From: Utricularia gibba
Lineage: Eukaryota; Plantae; Magnoliophyta
Length of the DNA: 64,000 nt
Reading direction: 5' to 3'
Assembly: GCA_002189035.1 (NCBI GenBank)
Contig: NEEC01000018.1
Location: 868,001-932,000, forward strand
In this document: positions 34,974 to 47,636 of the stretch, piece by piece
Layout: every line of letters begins with the position of its first letter
Numbering within the stretch: position 1 is the first letter of the stretch
The notes under the pieces: model-generated
The model's input: the letters and a program-made list of their open reading frames with translations, nothing else
Told to the model about the DNA's origin: nothing
Databases searched by the model: none
Translations under genes and position numbers: made by a program

Positions 34974-36013
34974 CCTCTCCCTTGAAAGATAAGATTATCC
35001 GATAAGGCGTACTTTGTTGTGGTCATATGGACACAGCGGAATGGCAATCCAGCGAGCTACACCCAATGGGCTCCACCGTCTGGGCCAAGCCCATGCACCA
35101 GTTCAAGAAACGGCCTACTTTTTGGGAGTAAAACGATGCAAGAAACATATGATTAATAAAATAGAAACAAAAATAATTCGTTATAGTAGAATAAATTATT
35201 CCATAATATAGTGAAATTAATAATGGTTATCTTTAATAAATATACTTTAAAAATATATTTAAAATACTTGTATTTAATAGATATTTTTAAATATGTTGAA
35301 TGAACTAAAACTAGTTTCATTAAAAACTATCAAAATTTTGTTAAACATAAAATGAGGTTAAAATTAATTTATTTTTAAGGAGTGTACTCACAATTTTTTT
35401 CGGATCATTTACAAAAATGTACACCCTTTCATTCACACTCATTCAAAAATTTTTAACTGAAGATGATCAATTTTTTGATTTCATTAAATATGTCCACATT
35501 TGTAATAAACCCCCAAAATTTGCATTTGGCACTGATTCTCACGTTAATTTTTTTACCACAGGGCGGGCCTCCTTTTACAGTGAACAAATGTACGGGCATA
35601 CTTGCTTCCGACAATTCATTGACATGCTCCTTTTCTATCTACCGCAGTAAAAAAAAAAAACTGTGCATAATTTTTGTCTTGTAGAACAACAACAAACGAG
35701 CATGCCCAGTTCGGTAATCCACTAAAAACAAACAGTATACAGAGTTTGGACTTCCAAGTACTGTGCCTGAACATGTGTGTTGGATTTATAATGCACAGGA
35801 TCTATGCTGTAGGAGACGAAAAAGAAGATTCGATTCATTTGTGAAAGTGTCAATCCCGGTTCCTTTCACTTCTCATATACATACCAATTTCGGCTCATGC
35901 TTCAAACGTGGAACTCTGCGTGTATCTCTATAACAGCAATGTTAACTTGCAGGCGAATGAGTATTGCAGAAAGGTTTAGGTTCAAGCAGAAGGCAACTCG
36001 TGTACTAGTTTTT

Positions 36014-36601
36014 CTACCATGGGTTGAGGTAGAAGTTTCCACATCTGCACTTCCAGGACATGGGCTTGTAGTCGAGGACCTCTTGTCTGCTGTAGTATCC
36101 CAGCTGCTGCCGCTGCTGCTGCTCCTTCCTTGTGGATGGCGTGATTGGAACTTGAACGGCCTCGCAGTGACCTCCACAATCAACACATTTGTACTTTTCA
36201 CATCGTGGAGGCCTTGATCCTATCAGCATCCTCATCTTCATTCCCTTCCGCATCTGCAAGCTTTGTCTCTTAATCATAAAACAAGCAAACGGATGAGCAG
36301 CTGAAAGCCTGAATGAGCCCTTGCTTTGCTTACCGTGGCGGTTTTCGTGTGTACAGAAACCCTTGCCTTGGTTCCAATGGCGGTTCTTGTGAGTACATGA
36401 AGATGTCTACCTGCAATGCAAAGCAAAGAAATGGAGGCTAAGTTTTCTTTCATAAATTCTCATGGAAGAGCTGAGGGGTGGAGATTGGCTACCTTCAGCC
36501 AAGAAAAGAATAGTTGGGTGGGAAAGCAGGAGGAGATAAGCAAGAATGAGGTGGTTGATAGTTGCTGTGGAGGTGAATCTGCTTCTTCTGACTGAAGCCA
36601 T
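36014..36601 (-). CDS. EPFL2: Epidermal patterning factor-like secreted peptide, EPFL2-like
   Basis: Signal-peptide exon 36601-36493, exon 36410-36334, and a last exon ending at 36014 with LIGSRPPRC..C..C..HCEAVQVP...DYKPMSWKCRCGN (6 Cys). The last acceptor site is uncertain. Confidence 0.9.
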
Positions 36602-36929
36602 TGAATTCAACAGCTTGTGCAGCAGCAGAAGGGGGTAAGAAAAGAAAGGACAGAATTTAAAAGAGGGCAATTTGAAGAAGAGTAGGCCAAAGAAAGAGGT
36701 ATTAAAAAAAAAAAAAAAACCCTGTTGTACCTCTAAGATTGGAGAGGAGAGGGATGAAAATGGACAGGACAGTTAGCCTATCAATTCCAAAGGAATGGAT
36801 GGATAGAAAAATGGAAGAAAGTGATGTATGAATCAATCACAAGATATACCTTATACTCCATGAAAAAAATACAAGCATCTACTGTAGCACATCAAATTCC
36901 TACTTCATAAATGTAACAGATGTTACTCC

Positions 36930-37243
36930 TGTTAGATTATTTCAAAAATTAATATATTGATAAAGTAGGTTTAATTTAATAATTACTTGGTCTTTGATTG
37001 TTGCAACAAATTACTAGTGTTGTGTAAGATTAGGAAATAGTGGGATTGACCTAATTAGATCTTCTAATTTTACGAAAACAGTTGTGTTTTATTCGATTAT
37101 TCCTATTTTATAAAAGGGGGTTTCTCCTTTTATACCGAATCACTTGAATCTTAGGGATAATTGATCAATCTAATGATCATAAATATCTTTAGAACATCAG
37201 ATTATCAAATCTATGGTTTCTTGATTTTGTGTTTCACACAACA
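36930..37243. mobile_element. Probable solo LTR (314 bp)
   Basis: Begins TGTT and ends AACA; flanks ACTCC/AATCC match 4/5 as a 5-bp TSD; internal TATAAAAGGGG. Confidence 0.45.
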
Positions 37244-39837
37244 AATCCAACCGGATCCATACCATCCACCCTCGTCAAACCCAGTTGTGTTGTTAGTTTG
37301 ATTCAATACTCCACAATGTGGCCTAGTTTAATGAACTCCCTCCCTCCAAACTATGCGTCCAAGTCATCAGTAGTTAGTTTGATTCAATACTCTAAAGCCC
37401 CTCCCTCTCTCGTTATCAAAATGTGGCCTTCCATCCTCCCCCTATACACCTACACAGAGTAGTCCTCCCCTGGGCTGAGTGGACTCGATTCACCAATTAT
37501 ATGCCTGATATCTGTCCATACACATAGACACACATAGGGTTGTGTGAGATTTTTGCTGCTGAAAATGAAAGGAGATGACTGAGACTGCGTAGCTGCTACC
37601 TTCCTTCCTTTCTTTCTGCATCCTGCAGGCCAGGGATCCCCTACCCGTAGGGCCCCTGGGAAACTTAAAGAAACAAGGAACATAATGGAGTGAATAACTC
37701 CCACTGAAGTTAAATTTTTTGCTTCCAAATCCACGCAAAAAGGCTGTAAGGTCCGTACTAGTTTATGCATTCTTTTTTCTTCACAGAAAGGAACTGGGCA
37801 GCGCAGAGAAGAAGAGAAGAGGAGGGCCACGCGGGGGCCATTCATGGGACTTTGTTTCGTCGAGAAGGCGTCCATCTCAAATACAGTAGCAGTAATAATA
37901 CTTTACAATAGAATAGTATTTATGAAACATAGGATGGGGCTAAGAGTGCTGCTGGAGTGGACAAGCTTTAGAGTGGTAGCTGAATGCCCACCGAGCACCA
38001 GAATTAAACAGCCTTACCAGAAAAGCTTATCCCCCTCTATAAAGACATCTCCTTCCTCCTCCATCAATACATTCAATACCTACACTTGTATCACATTGCT
38101 CCCCGACTTGTCAAGAGACTTGCAACACTCTGAGGCAAATATGCCTACTTTGGAAAGCTTCTCATGACTAGAGACTTAGTAGGTGGAAAATAACAAGAAA
38201 CTGTCATATACTTTTTAAGGGCAACTCAGATGCTACTTCTCAGTCACACCCTCATTCTTCTTGTTATCTATTAAATGCTACTCTTCTTTTTTTTTATTTT
38301 CTAGAAGACAAGCTGGGAAACACAAAGAATGAAAGTGCTAGCACATTTAAGGCATATGTTGTATGGATTTCATGTTAAAATATCAGGTCTACTGAAAGAT
38401 GGGAGCGTATTATAAATTTGGCTATTATATGTTGATTACGCGAGAAAATTAGCTATCTTATGTGTAAAATTTTGATCATAATGTGTGAGAGAGAAATACT
38501 AGATGATCATTTTTTCATATGATCAATAGAAGTTATCATTGAAACTTAAGTGTGCAAGAGAAGTAGATTAAATAAAAAATAATAAATACTAAATACTAGA
38601 AGTATCAAAATTTTTGTGTTTTGTTTTTTCAAGAGATAATAAGCCATTACATGCATTTGTAGAAAACTACATTTATTTGTTACATATGTGTGTATCAATA
38701 TATGTGTAATTTGTAAAATAAATTTATATCTAACCATATTTTCAAAAATATGTTTTGATAATTAAGTGAAATTTGATTTTTTTTTAATTCTCGTTTATTC
38801 TATGTACAAATTCCAGATATAATATCATTTTAAATATATATTTGGAAAATTTATGTATCAAACAATCCTACAATTTTCATCACATAATATATATTTATCT
38901 AAACATAAATAACTTAATTATGTTATTAATTAAACTATTCTATCAAATCTATCCCCTAATTATAATTATCATCAAAGATTTGAATGTGTCAAACACAAGT
39001 AGCACCCTTGTGTTTTAATCAACCAACTCTATACTTATTCATATTGCAACTCTTACCTTTGTAATTCTGAAAACTGCAACTACTATAACGATTGAATTGC
39101 ATTCTCAAAATTACAAAGAACAAAATAATTTCGAACCACATACACCCGTAATGGTGAATTCGAAACTGAACTTTATTTTCATTTTGGGATTTGGAAGATT
39201 CCAAAATAAGACCACCCGAGAAATCAATCCTAAGGAACAAAAACATGATATGGATTGTGGAAAAGCAAAAAGGATAACTGCTTTCGGGCCCACGCTACGA
39301 TGAAGAATAAATTAATACGAGCCAACCGTACAATCAAATAAACTAGGCCCAACGGAAAAGCTGTTGTTTTGTCCAGGCCCATTGGACCCCGTTTTTAAAC
39401 AACCGGCATCAAATTACATCCCTACCCTCACTAATGCGTTTAGATATTCTTATGGTGTGCTTGATTCCAAATGAAAAATGGGATGGAATTTGACTTTCAA
39501 ATGATGTGGTTAATGTGATAAAATAGAGTGATATTTCTAATCTTAGGTAAATCCTTTTTCTTGAAAGTAAAAAACATAAAAATGTAAAAATTGTATATTC
39601 AAAATAGATAATATCGTGCAATGTAAATATGGTTTTTGGAATGGATGGAATTTAATTTTTAGATGAAGTATTTACATGGGATAAGATTTGAATATTTTTC
39701 TTTATATGTTTTTCATAATAATTCAAATAATCTGATAAAGAATATACCCTCCAAATCTCATCTAGTATACCAAATAAGTCATTTAATTTATTATTATCTT
39801 AAATGCCTATGATTATCCCATGCCAAACACATATTTA

Positions 39838-40119
39838 GAGAATGTTTGATTGATGGGAATACGAAAAAGAGTTTAATTTAATTGGATTTAAATAAACATG
39901 ATGTAAAAGGATTAATTTTTTAGATAACGTTTAATTAGTAGAATTAGAACTTGAATTAAATGGTATTAAGTAAAGTAAGAGGGGTGTGATTTTAAATAAA
40001 TCCATGTATATGGGATTAAAAACACTTAATCTCATATTTATTAAAATGGATGAAGTAAACACTTTATAATTTATAATATTATCTTTGAACCCACTCAATC
40101 CCATCAATCAAACATTATC
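39838..40119. mobile_element. Tourist-like MITE, 282 bp
   Basis: TIRs GAGAATGTTTGATTGATGGGA / TCCCATCAATCAAACATTATC (20/21 match) with a TTA duplication on both sides (39835-39837, 40120-40122). Confidence 0.9.
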
Positions 40120-43100
40120 TTAGGGTTTGGTATGCTCTTTCAACTGAGGACTCAGAGGGGCACGACAAAAGGGAAGATCGTGGAAAAAAGGTAGGCAAGA
40201 ACAATCCTTTTCAAGTCTCCCTTGCTGAAGTATCACAACGTTGAACACATGAATCATGTAATAATTAAATGAAGCATATGATATGATGATGTCTTTTTTA
40301 ATGAATTCTGATTTGTCTTGGTCCTTGAATGTTCCAATTGGATTAAAATCAAATCGTTTTAAACGCATAAGTTATGATCATTTCACATCAAAATTTTAGG
40401 AGATGATTGACTCCTCTTTTGAATTTGTAATGGAGATGGGTACACGTTGGAGGAGGGTCGGCTCAATTGATGGGGTTGGTTGAAAGTTACAGGGTGTAGG
40501 GCTAAAGGAGAACATGAGACTTGGTTCATATGCCAAACAAACTTTTTTTTCAATGGGCCTTTTTATGACCAAGACTTAGCAGCTTTGGGATTTGACGTCT
40601 GTGGTGGACACAACTCCACCTTGTGTTTCTTGAATTCATCCAGTCAGCAACACATTCCAGACAACACCCAATGCAAGAGAATTGTCAAAATCATGCAACG
40701 TGTACCCGGCACAGGTCACGAGTAGCACCATGCCCCATCTTCTAGCCCCCCTGCAATGCCCGTATGATGCGCACAGATTATTAGAACAAATAATTCCACA
40801 TCAGTATTTAGATATGAAATAATAAAGTATATAAAAATTATAAATTATTAATAATCGATTAAATCTAATTTTTTTAATATGATATACGTTTATTGTGAAC
40901 TTAATTTTTATGTATGCTCGTACAACTCATCACATCTTTAATTTCAGCATAGGTGAACCATGAGGTTTGTATTCGCAACTTATGTTTGAATCTTGCCATC
41001 ACAGCAACCTTGATCCGGCCCTTCCTGCAGAAAAAATAAGCATATGCATTGAGCTCATAAGATGAATCGTTCACATTATAAGATAATCCGATGTGTGAGT
41101 GTCCCTCGGTATCGTAAATCCTAACAATCTTTATATGCAAATCTGATGTATAACTAGGACCTGTCTCGAAAAAAATAATAAAAATGAAGCTTACTCAGTC
41201 TCAATAATCTACAAATATTAACCTAGTAATAAGAGCACTCCATTTTCTGAACAGAATCGTGGAGTTTCCAAAACGATGGTGCCAATTGCCCATAGCAAGA
41301 CTGTGTTGTCAAGATATCCTTGGAACGACTGAATGGCGAACCTTTTTGTGGATAACAGAGTAGGGTTAGGGTTTTTTCAATCACTTCTGTCGTGCTATTG
41401 TCGCACATACAGTAGGGATAACTGGATCTCCACACAGACACATGCTGCAGCAAATTGGGTTGTGATTTCATTATGATCATACCAAAGAAGAAAGAGTGGA
41501 CACGTATGTTTTTACTTTTAAAAATTGTTTTAACAGCAGCATGGTGACTGATTTTCACTTCCCTTAAAAACGTAGAATACTACTCTTGTAAGCGTATATT
41601 AATTAACATGTGAAGCATTAACTCTAAGAAGGTGGTGGTGCGGTCAGAAATCATGGCCGGCCGCGCGGTGGCCCGCCGTCAAATCGCATGTGACGAGAGT
41701 AGTCCCACCGGCGGCAGGGCAGCTCAATGAGAGAACAGAATTGAGGTATCGTGGGTTTCCTTCGGCTAAGTGGGCCTCCTTACAACCTCTGCCTGTCATT
41801 CCATGCTCCCTCAGTCCAGCATCCTCCATCGTCTCCCATAACAACTGTATTTATTCCCTTAGAAAATGAAATACCAACAATAACAGGTAACAAATGACCA
41901 CTCATTGAAGTGACTGACATCTAATCTCTACGGGAAGTGAGCAGCAGCTTGCTTTCCCGAGGCTGACCGACGAGCCCAGCTCCACCGTCGGGCCCCGAGC
42001 CAGACAGACCTTGGGACTCACTCGCCATCGTACTTGGACTGTCATCATCCACAAATTCTCACACAAGTTTATAAATTGATCCAAATCACTATCATTCGTT
42101 TCTATTATAATCTGAATAGGGTGGGTTCTGAGACACTTGATGTGTTATATTTTTATTTTAGACAATAATGAATAAAAATCCATCCATATTTTTTTAGAGT
42201 TAGTTTGATAATAGGTTAATTATAGTGTAATTGGGTATATATATATATATATATACTAAATTATAAATAATGATTGATATACAAGAGTAAAAATTTAAGT
42301 ATATGAGTATTATAAATATAATTAACCCTATTTCCCTTCATTTGTGTATACCATTCATATACACAAAAAATGAGTATGTGAATGGTATAGTTATATAAAG
42401 TTAATATGCATATACTAGTTAATCAAACAATGGTATATGTATCAACTTAAGTATAAATCTATATATTATACTATCAAACAAATTTTTAAGATTATGTTAA
42501 AGGGGTCTTTTAATGAATTATAATAATTTTTGGGCAGAATTGAATTTTAGTTAAATCCGATTCTAATAAATTCATATTTAATTATGATAACTACCAAACA
42601 TCCCTAAAACCCATAGGTCCCGGGTAAGACATGATCACCATTCCAAAAAAAAAAAAAGGAAAAGGAAAAAGGAATTAAAAGTCACGTGTTTAAAATGTTT
42701 CTTTTGGGAGTAAAGTCCGGAAAGTAGAATTTTCAAACAAGTTGAAAAAGAAAATAAAAAAGTATTATAAAACTCGTCTCAAGTGTTGGCTCAAAGCACT
42801 TTTGTTGGGGAGGTCAGGGATGAATGCTCCGTCAGAATAAAGGAGAGTGGTGAAATCACTGTAGAAATTGAGAATTCCAAAGAGAGGAACAATTCTGCCC
42901 AAAATTCTTTTCATATGAAAGAAAAAAAAAATTAAAATAATTTTATAGCATAATATAAAAATGAAAAACACGGATCCGATAGGGATATCAAAATCTAAGC
43001 TAGGATTGATTGATTTTATATTCTAACTTATCACGATATTATCTCAAGTATTCCATTCTTATATGTTCTATTTTTTTCGAGGAAAATGTTTTGTATAAAA

Positions 43101-43238
43101 TTCAAAAGACCTTTTTATTGTTTAAATTCCTGATCTTACACTCTCTCCCATTATGATATTTAGCATACTTGATGAGTGCCTATATCCGACTATTTGCGCA
43201 TGGCAATATTTAGATTTTATACCAAATATAACAATTTA

Positions 43239-43507
43239 GGGCATGTTTGGTAGTCGGTCTGAATTAATAGTGGTTAGAATAACCAAGGTTTAAAATTGGG
43301 TTTAGATTTATTCCCGATTTAGATAAAAATGAGTTTGGTAATAATGTTTATTTAAACTCTCGTTTACAGTATGACTTGTTTAATAGATAACCTCCAGATT
43401 ATTTTAAACATATCAAGTAGATGGGTTTAATTTAAACCCAAGAAGTCTAGAAAAATAGTGTTTATTTTAAACTTGGATTTAAATTGAACTCTTCTACCAA
43501 ACACCCA
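43239..43507. mobile_element. Tourist-like MITE, about 270 bp
   Basis: GGGCATGTTTGGTAG ... CTACCAAACACCCA (10-bp perfect core), flanked by TTA and TAA. Confidence 0.55.
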
Positions 43508-45437
43508 TAATACAAATCACACTCCTTTAAGTTTTGTAAGTGATCCAGATGCTGCCGAATTTAGAGAAAAATAAAACACACACAGGGAATCGAAGAGAGG
43601 ATCGAGTTTCAAGAAGGGTGAGGTATGGTCAAAGTTAGGAAAGGGAGGCGACTTGGATCCACCATATAATTCAGAGACGCCTAATAAGCCACCCATCCTC
43701 GTTCTTATCTTGTAATAACACACCAATATCAATTTTCCTACTCACTACTCCTTATTTCAATATTACAAAAAAACAAAACAGCGGAATCATCGAAACCCTA
43801 TTCTCGGGGTTCTCAATCGAGGGTGCGATGGGTCTGTCCGAATCAGACGAGGGGTCCTGGATTTCGTACTTGTTTTCGCGTAATATTTCTTCAAGCTCCC
43901 TCTCATAAGTGGGTCTCGATGGCACCACAAGCGTCCAATTCCAGCATATCAAAATCAGTTTGAACGTAATTTCAAGACTTTATTTTAGAAATTAAAAAAT
44001 ACGTATATATTAAAAGGGGAGCAGGGAAAAGGGAGATTGTAATGGACGGACAGGATGCGAACTGGGGGTTGGGTTGGGATAGATAGATAGATAGATGGAG
44101 GAAAGAAAAAGCGAAGGCACTGAAAACGACTGTCACCTCGTTTTCTTTATTTGTGGGACCCGCTGTACTCGTTGCGCGAAATTTCCGGGTGCTCTCTGCG
44201 CCCTCTGAACTCCAACTCTCACTAAAACCAAAACTAAGGGAAATACGAGACATAATTGCAAGCCCCCCTGTAATTACCAATTTACCCTCCCAACCCCCCA
44301 TTCCATCCAACCAACCAAACCCTACCCGCACAAAATCAAGTGCGCCTGCTCTTTGTAATTACCAAATAGGGCTTCATTATTATACTTGCGTTTTGTCTTT
44401 TTATATTTTTAATTTTATAAATTAAAATAGCCGAAATACCCTAATCTCAACTTAACCCTATTGTCGTATTATGATTTTATGTTTTATTTTTCTTTTTCGT
44501 CTATAACTTGATGTGACCTTCTTTTATTCCTTTAAAAAACACTAGAGAGAAGGTGATGTTATGAAGAATTAGATGCTAATGGCAGTTCAGGGAAATATTT
44601 TTTACTCATAATAAAAAATGTATTTTTTAATGCATGGGGTCTGAGTAGCAGTGGGTATTGAGTAAAAAAGTACATCTATTAAAAAATACAAGCAAATAAA
44701 TATTTATTTAACAAACCCTCCCTTCTCAATTTAATGACTCAATGCGATCGAATTTTCAAAACATTATATTATGGATTATGTGAATTATCAAGATTAGATA
44801 TCGTGTGGGAGGTGAACTGTGCACAAAGAGATCATTTGTTGTAGACACCTCCAATCCGAACGCCCCGGTAGAAATTAAAAAAGAAAACAAAATAATTGTA
44901 AAAAAAATTCGTTATAACATACGAATAAAGTAATGTGGTATTGTTTCGCGCAAGTACGCACACGTGTAATAACGAGAATAATTGTAAGGATATTAAATCT
45001 CGTATTGCGTATTTATATTATATAGTAAGTAAATTTTCCATTCCAAGGGGTGTGTTTATTATTATTATTATTATTTTATATTATGCAGAAAAAGATGAGA
45101 TGGGGAGTGAGGGGCATTTATTTATTATTTATCCTGCAGGCTGCAACTGCATACGGAAGAAGAGAAGGTCTTGTCGTCCTGATGAAGAGGAAGCTTTTCT
45201 CCTCCTCCACTGCTCCTCCTCTCCCTCTTCCTCCTTCCTCGTCGGCGACAAACCCATGTGAAGTCTTCGCATCTTCCCTATGCTTTCATTTCAGCTCCCA
45301 CTCCTTTTTTTTTATCTTTTCTTTTCTCCGATAGATATTTTTTACTGTTGGAATTTAAGCGCTGAGTTCTGATTTTTCTTTCGTTTGTATCCACAGGATC
45401 GGAGAAGAAACCAACCTGCAGCAGCAGATCGATTGCG

Positions 45438-47636
45438 ATGGAGGGGTATGCCCATCTAACGGAAGTCATGAGCAATAGTGGTAATAATAATAATAATAAT
45501 AATTCCCGTGGGGGTTTCGTGTACGGCGCCGGTGGGGCTCCGGTTCTTGCTCCGAGCACCTCATCTCTGCAGTTCCCTGGAAGAGCGTTGGCGGGATCCG
45601 GTGGAGGCGATAGCCTACGTCACTTGGCGTTCGGCGGATTCAGCGTCTGCTTAGATCAATCCCAGCACCACGCCGTGAAAACCGAAGCTGGGTCGTCGTA
45701 TACCAATAACAATAATAAATTTCATTACGGTGCTTCTTCGGTTATGGCTGCTGCAGCCAATCAACGGCAGCTGGGTGAAGTTCTTGAGGTTGATGCTGTT
45801 AAGGCGAAGATTATCGCCCATCCACAGTACTCCAGTCTCCTTGAAGCCTACATGGATTGTCACAAGGTCTCATTGCGCAGACCCCCTTGTCTTTTTTTTC
45901 TAATCCCCCTCTCTGCAATTTCTTTTTACTGTGGTGGTGATCATGATAATGAAGGTGGGAGCTCCGCCGGAGGTGGTGGCCCGTCTTGCTCAGGTCCGGC
46001 AAGACTTCGAAACGTGGCAGAGGGGCGCCAACAGAGAGCACGATGGGGATTCCAAGGATCCAGAACTAGATCAATTTATGGTAATCAATATTTGCAACAG
46101 CTCTGATTCATCTGGATCTCGATCTCTTTTTCCATTTGCGTATGCTTCATTATCAGGAAGCATACTACGATATGCTGATCAAGTATCGGGAGGAACTAAC
46201 CAGGCCTTTGCAAGAAGCCATGGATTTCATGAGGCGCGTCGAAATGCAGCTCAGTATGCTCACAACAGCTCCAACTCGAGCTTTCAACTCAGGTACATCG
46301 TCTTCCCGTTTATATCAGTAAATATTGGAGTGCTTCTCTGTGTATTTCTCAGAATAAGCTACAAACGTAGATTACCTAAAGAAGATGCAGACAAAATAGT
46401 TTTCTTTTTTTCATTCTGTTATTGAGTGGTTCACGATGGTGCCGGTGCCGGTGGCCGTGGTTGTTTGAAGGGAATGTTCTATAACTACTTATACAAAGTT
46501 TTATTTAAAACTTTTAGAAGTAGAAATCAAATAAGAACAGCATAAACATGTTTTGATTGATGATGTTTTTCAGGCATTGCTATTTCCCGGAAGCTCACTG
46601 CCACCATCTCTGTTTAAGTGTTTTTTAATTCCTTTCCGCAGTTCCCAGTGATGACTACTGAATAAAAAAACAAAACCCTAAACCACGAGTGCACAGTTTT
46701 CCATGAATAGGCACAGGGCTGCACCATTCTCTTCTCCCCCGTCTAAACCCCGAGTGTAATAAATAATTTAGGTGCAGTATAGTGGCCTTGAGTTCAGAAA
46801 AAAGAAGACTTGTTTACATAATATTAGTGCATGTAGTTCGAGAATAACACTATTCATGTCCTTGTAAGGGAAAATGGTGTGGGTGTATGGGAATCAATGA
46901 ACACTGTTCATGTCCTTGTGCTACACCTCCCATGCGCCATTATCACTTGTCAGATCAGATTTGTCGTTCATCTTCTTTCTTGTGTTCGCCACCAAAGTGG
47001 AATGGTCATGTGAAGTTGCTCCCCACCTCCCATCAGTTGTTTCAGAAATCTGACTCATGCTTTGGTTATCTTGGCGAGTGGAAAAACCAGATGATAACAG
47101 CGGCGGCGGGGGCGGTTCATCGGATGATGATCAAGAAGCCAGTGGCGGCGGAGGGGAAGCCGGAGCAATGTCGGCGATTGATCCACGTGCCGAGGATCGG
47201 GAGCTCAAAAACCACCTTCTCAAGAAGTACAGTGGGTATCTCAGCAGCCTTAAACAAGAGCTCTCGAAGAAGAAAAAAAAGGGCAAACTTCCCAAAGAGT
47301 CGAGGCAGAAGCTGCTCAGCTGGTGGGAGTTACACTACAAATGGCCTTATCCATCGGTATGGTGTCGTATCATCGACAATCATGGCAATGCAGTATCTGT
47401 CTATGCTCAGCGCTTGCTTCGCGGTGCAGGAATCGGAGAAGGTGGCGCTGGCGGAGGCGACTGGATTGGACCAGAAGCAGATAAACAACTGGTTCATTAA
47501 TCAGAGGAAGCGACATTGGAAGCCCTCGGAAGACATGCAGTTCATGGTTATGGACGGGTTGCATCATCCTCACAACCCAACACTTTACATGGAAGGCCAT
47601 TACTTGGGAGAAGGTCCTTACAGGCTCGCCCCTTGA
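45438..47636 (+). CDS. KNAT1: Class I KNOX homeobox protein, KNAT1/BREVIPEDICELLUS-like
   Basis: Exons 45438-45866, 45955-46080, 46157-46292, 47091-47356, 47430-47636, all phases consistent. KNOX1 (AKIIAHPQY), KNOX2 ([11 protein letters not shown]), ELK ([23 protein letters not shown]), TALE homeodomain (HYKWPYPSE...[10 protein letters not shown]), BP-type tail EGPYRLAP. Confidence 0.97.

Noticed and set aside
41640-42090. GC-rich segment as a gene or a gypsy LTR
   Set aside because: No recognisable protein motif, LTR termini, PBS or TSD; cannot be classified without a repeat library search.
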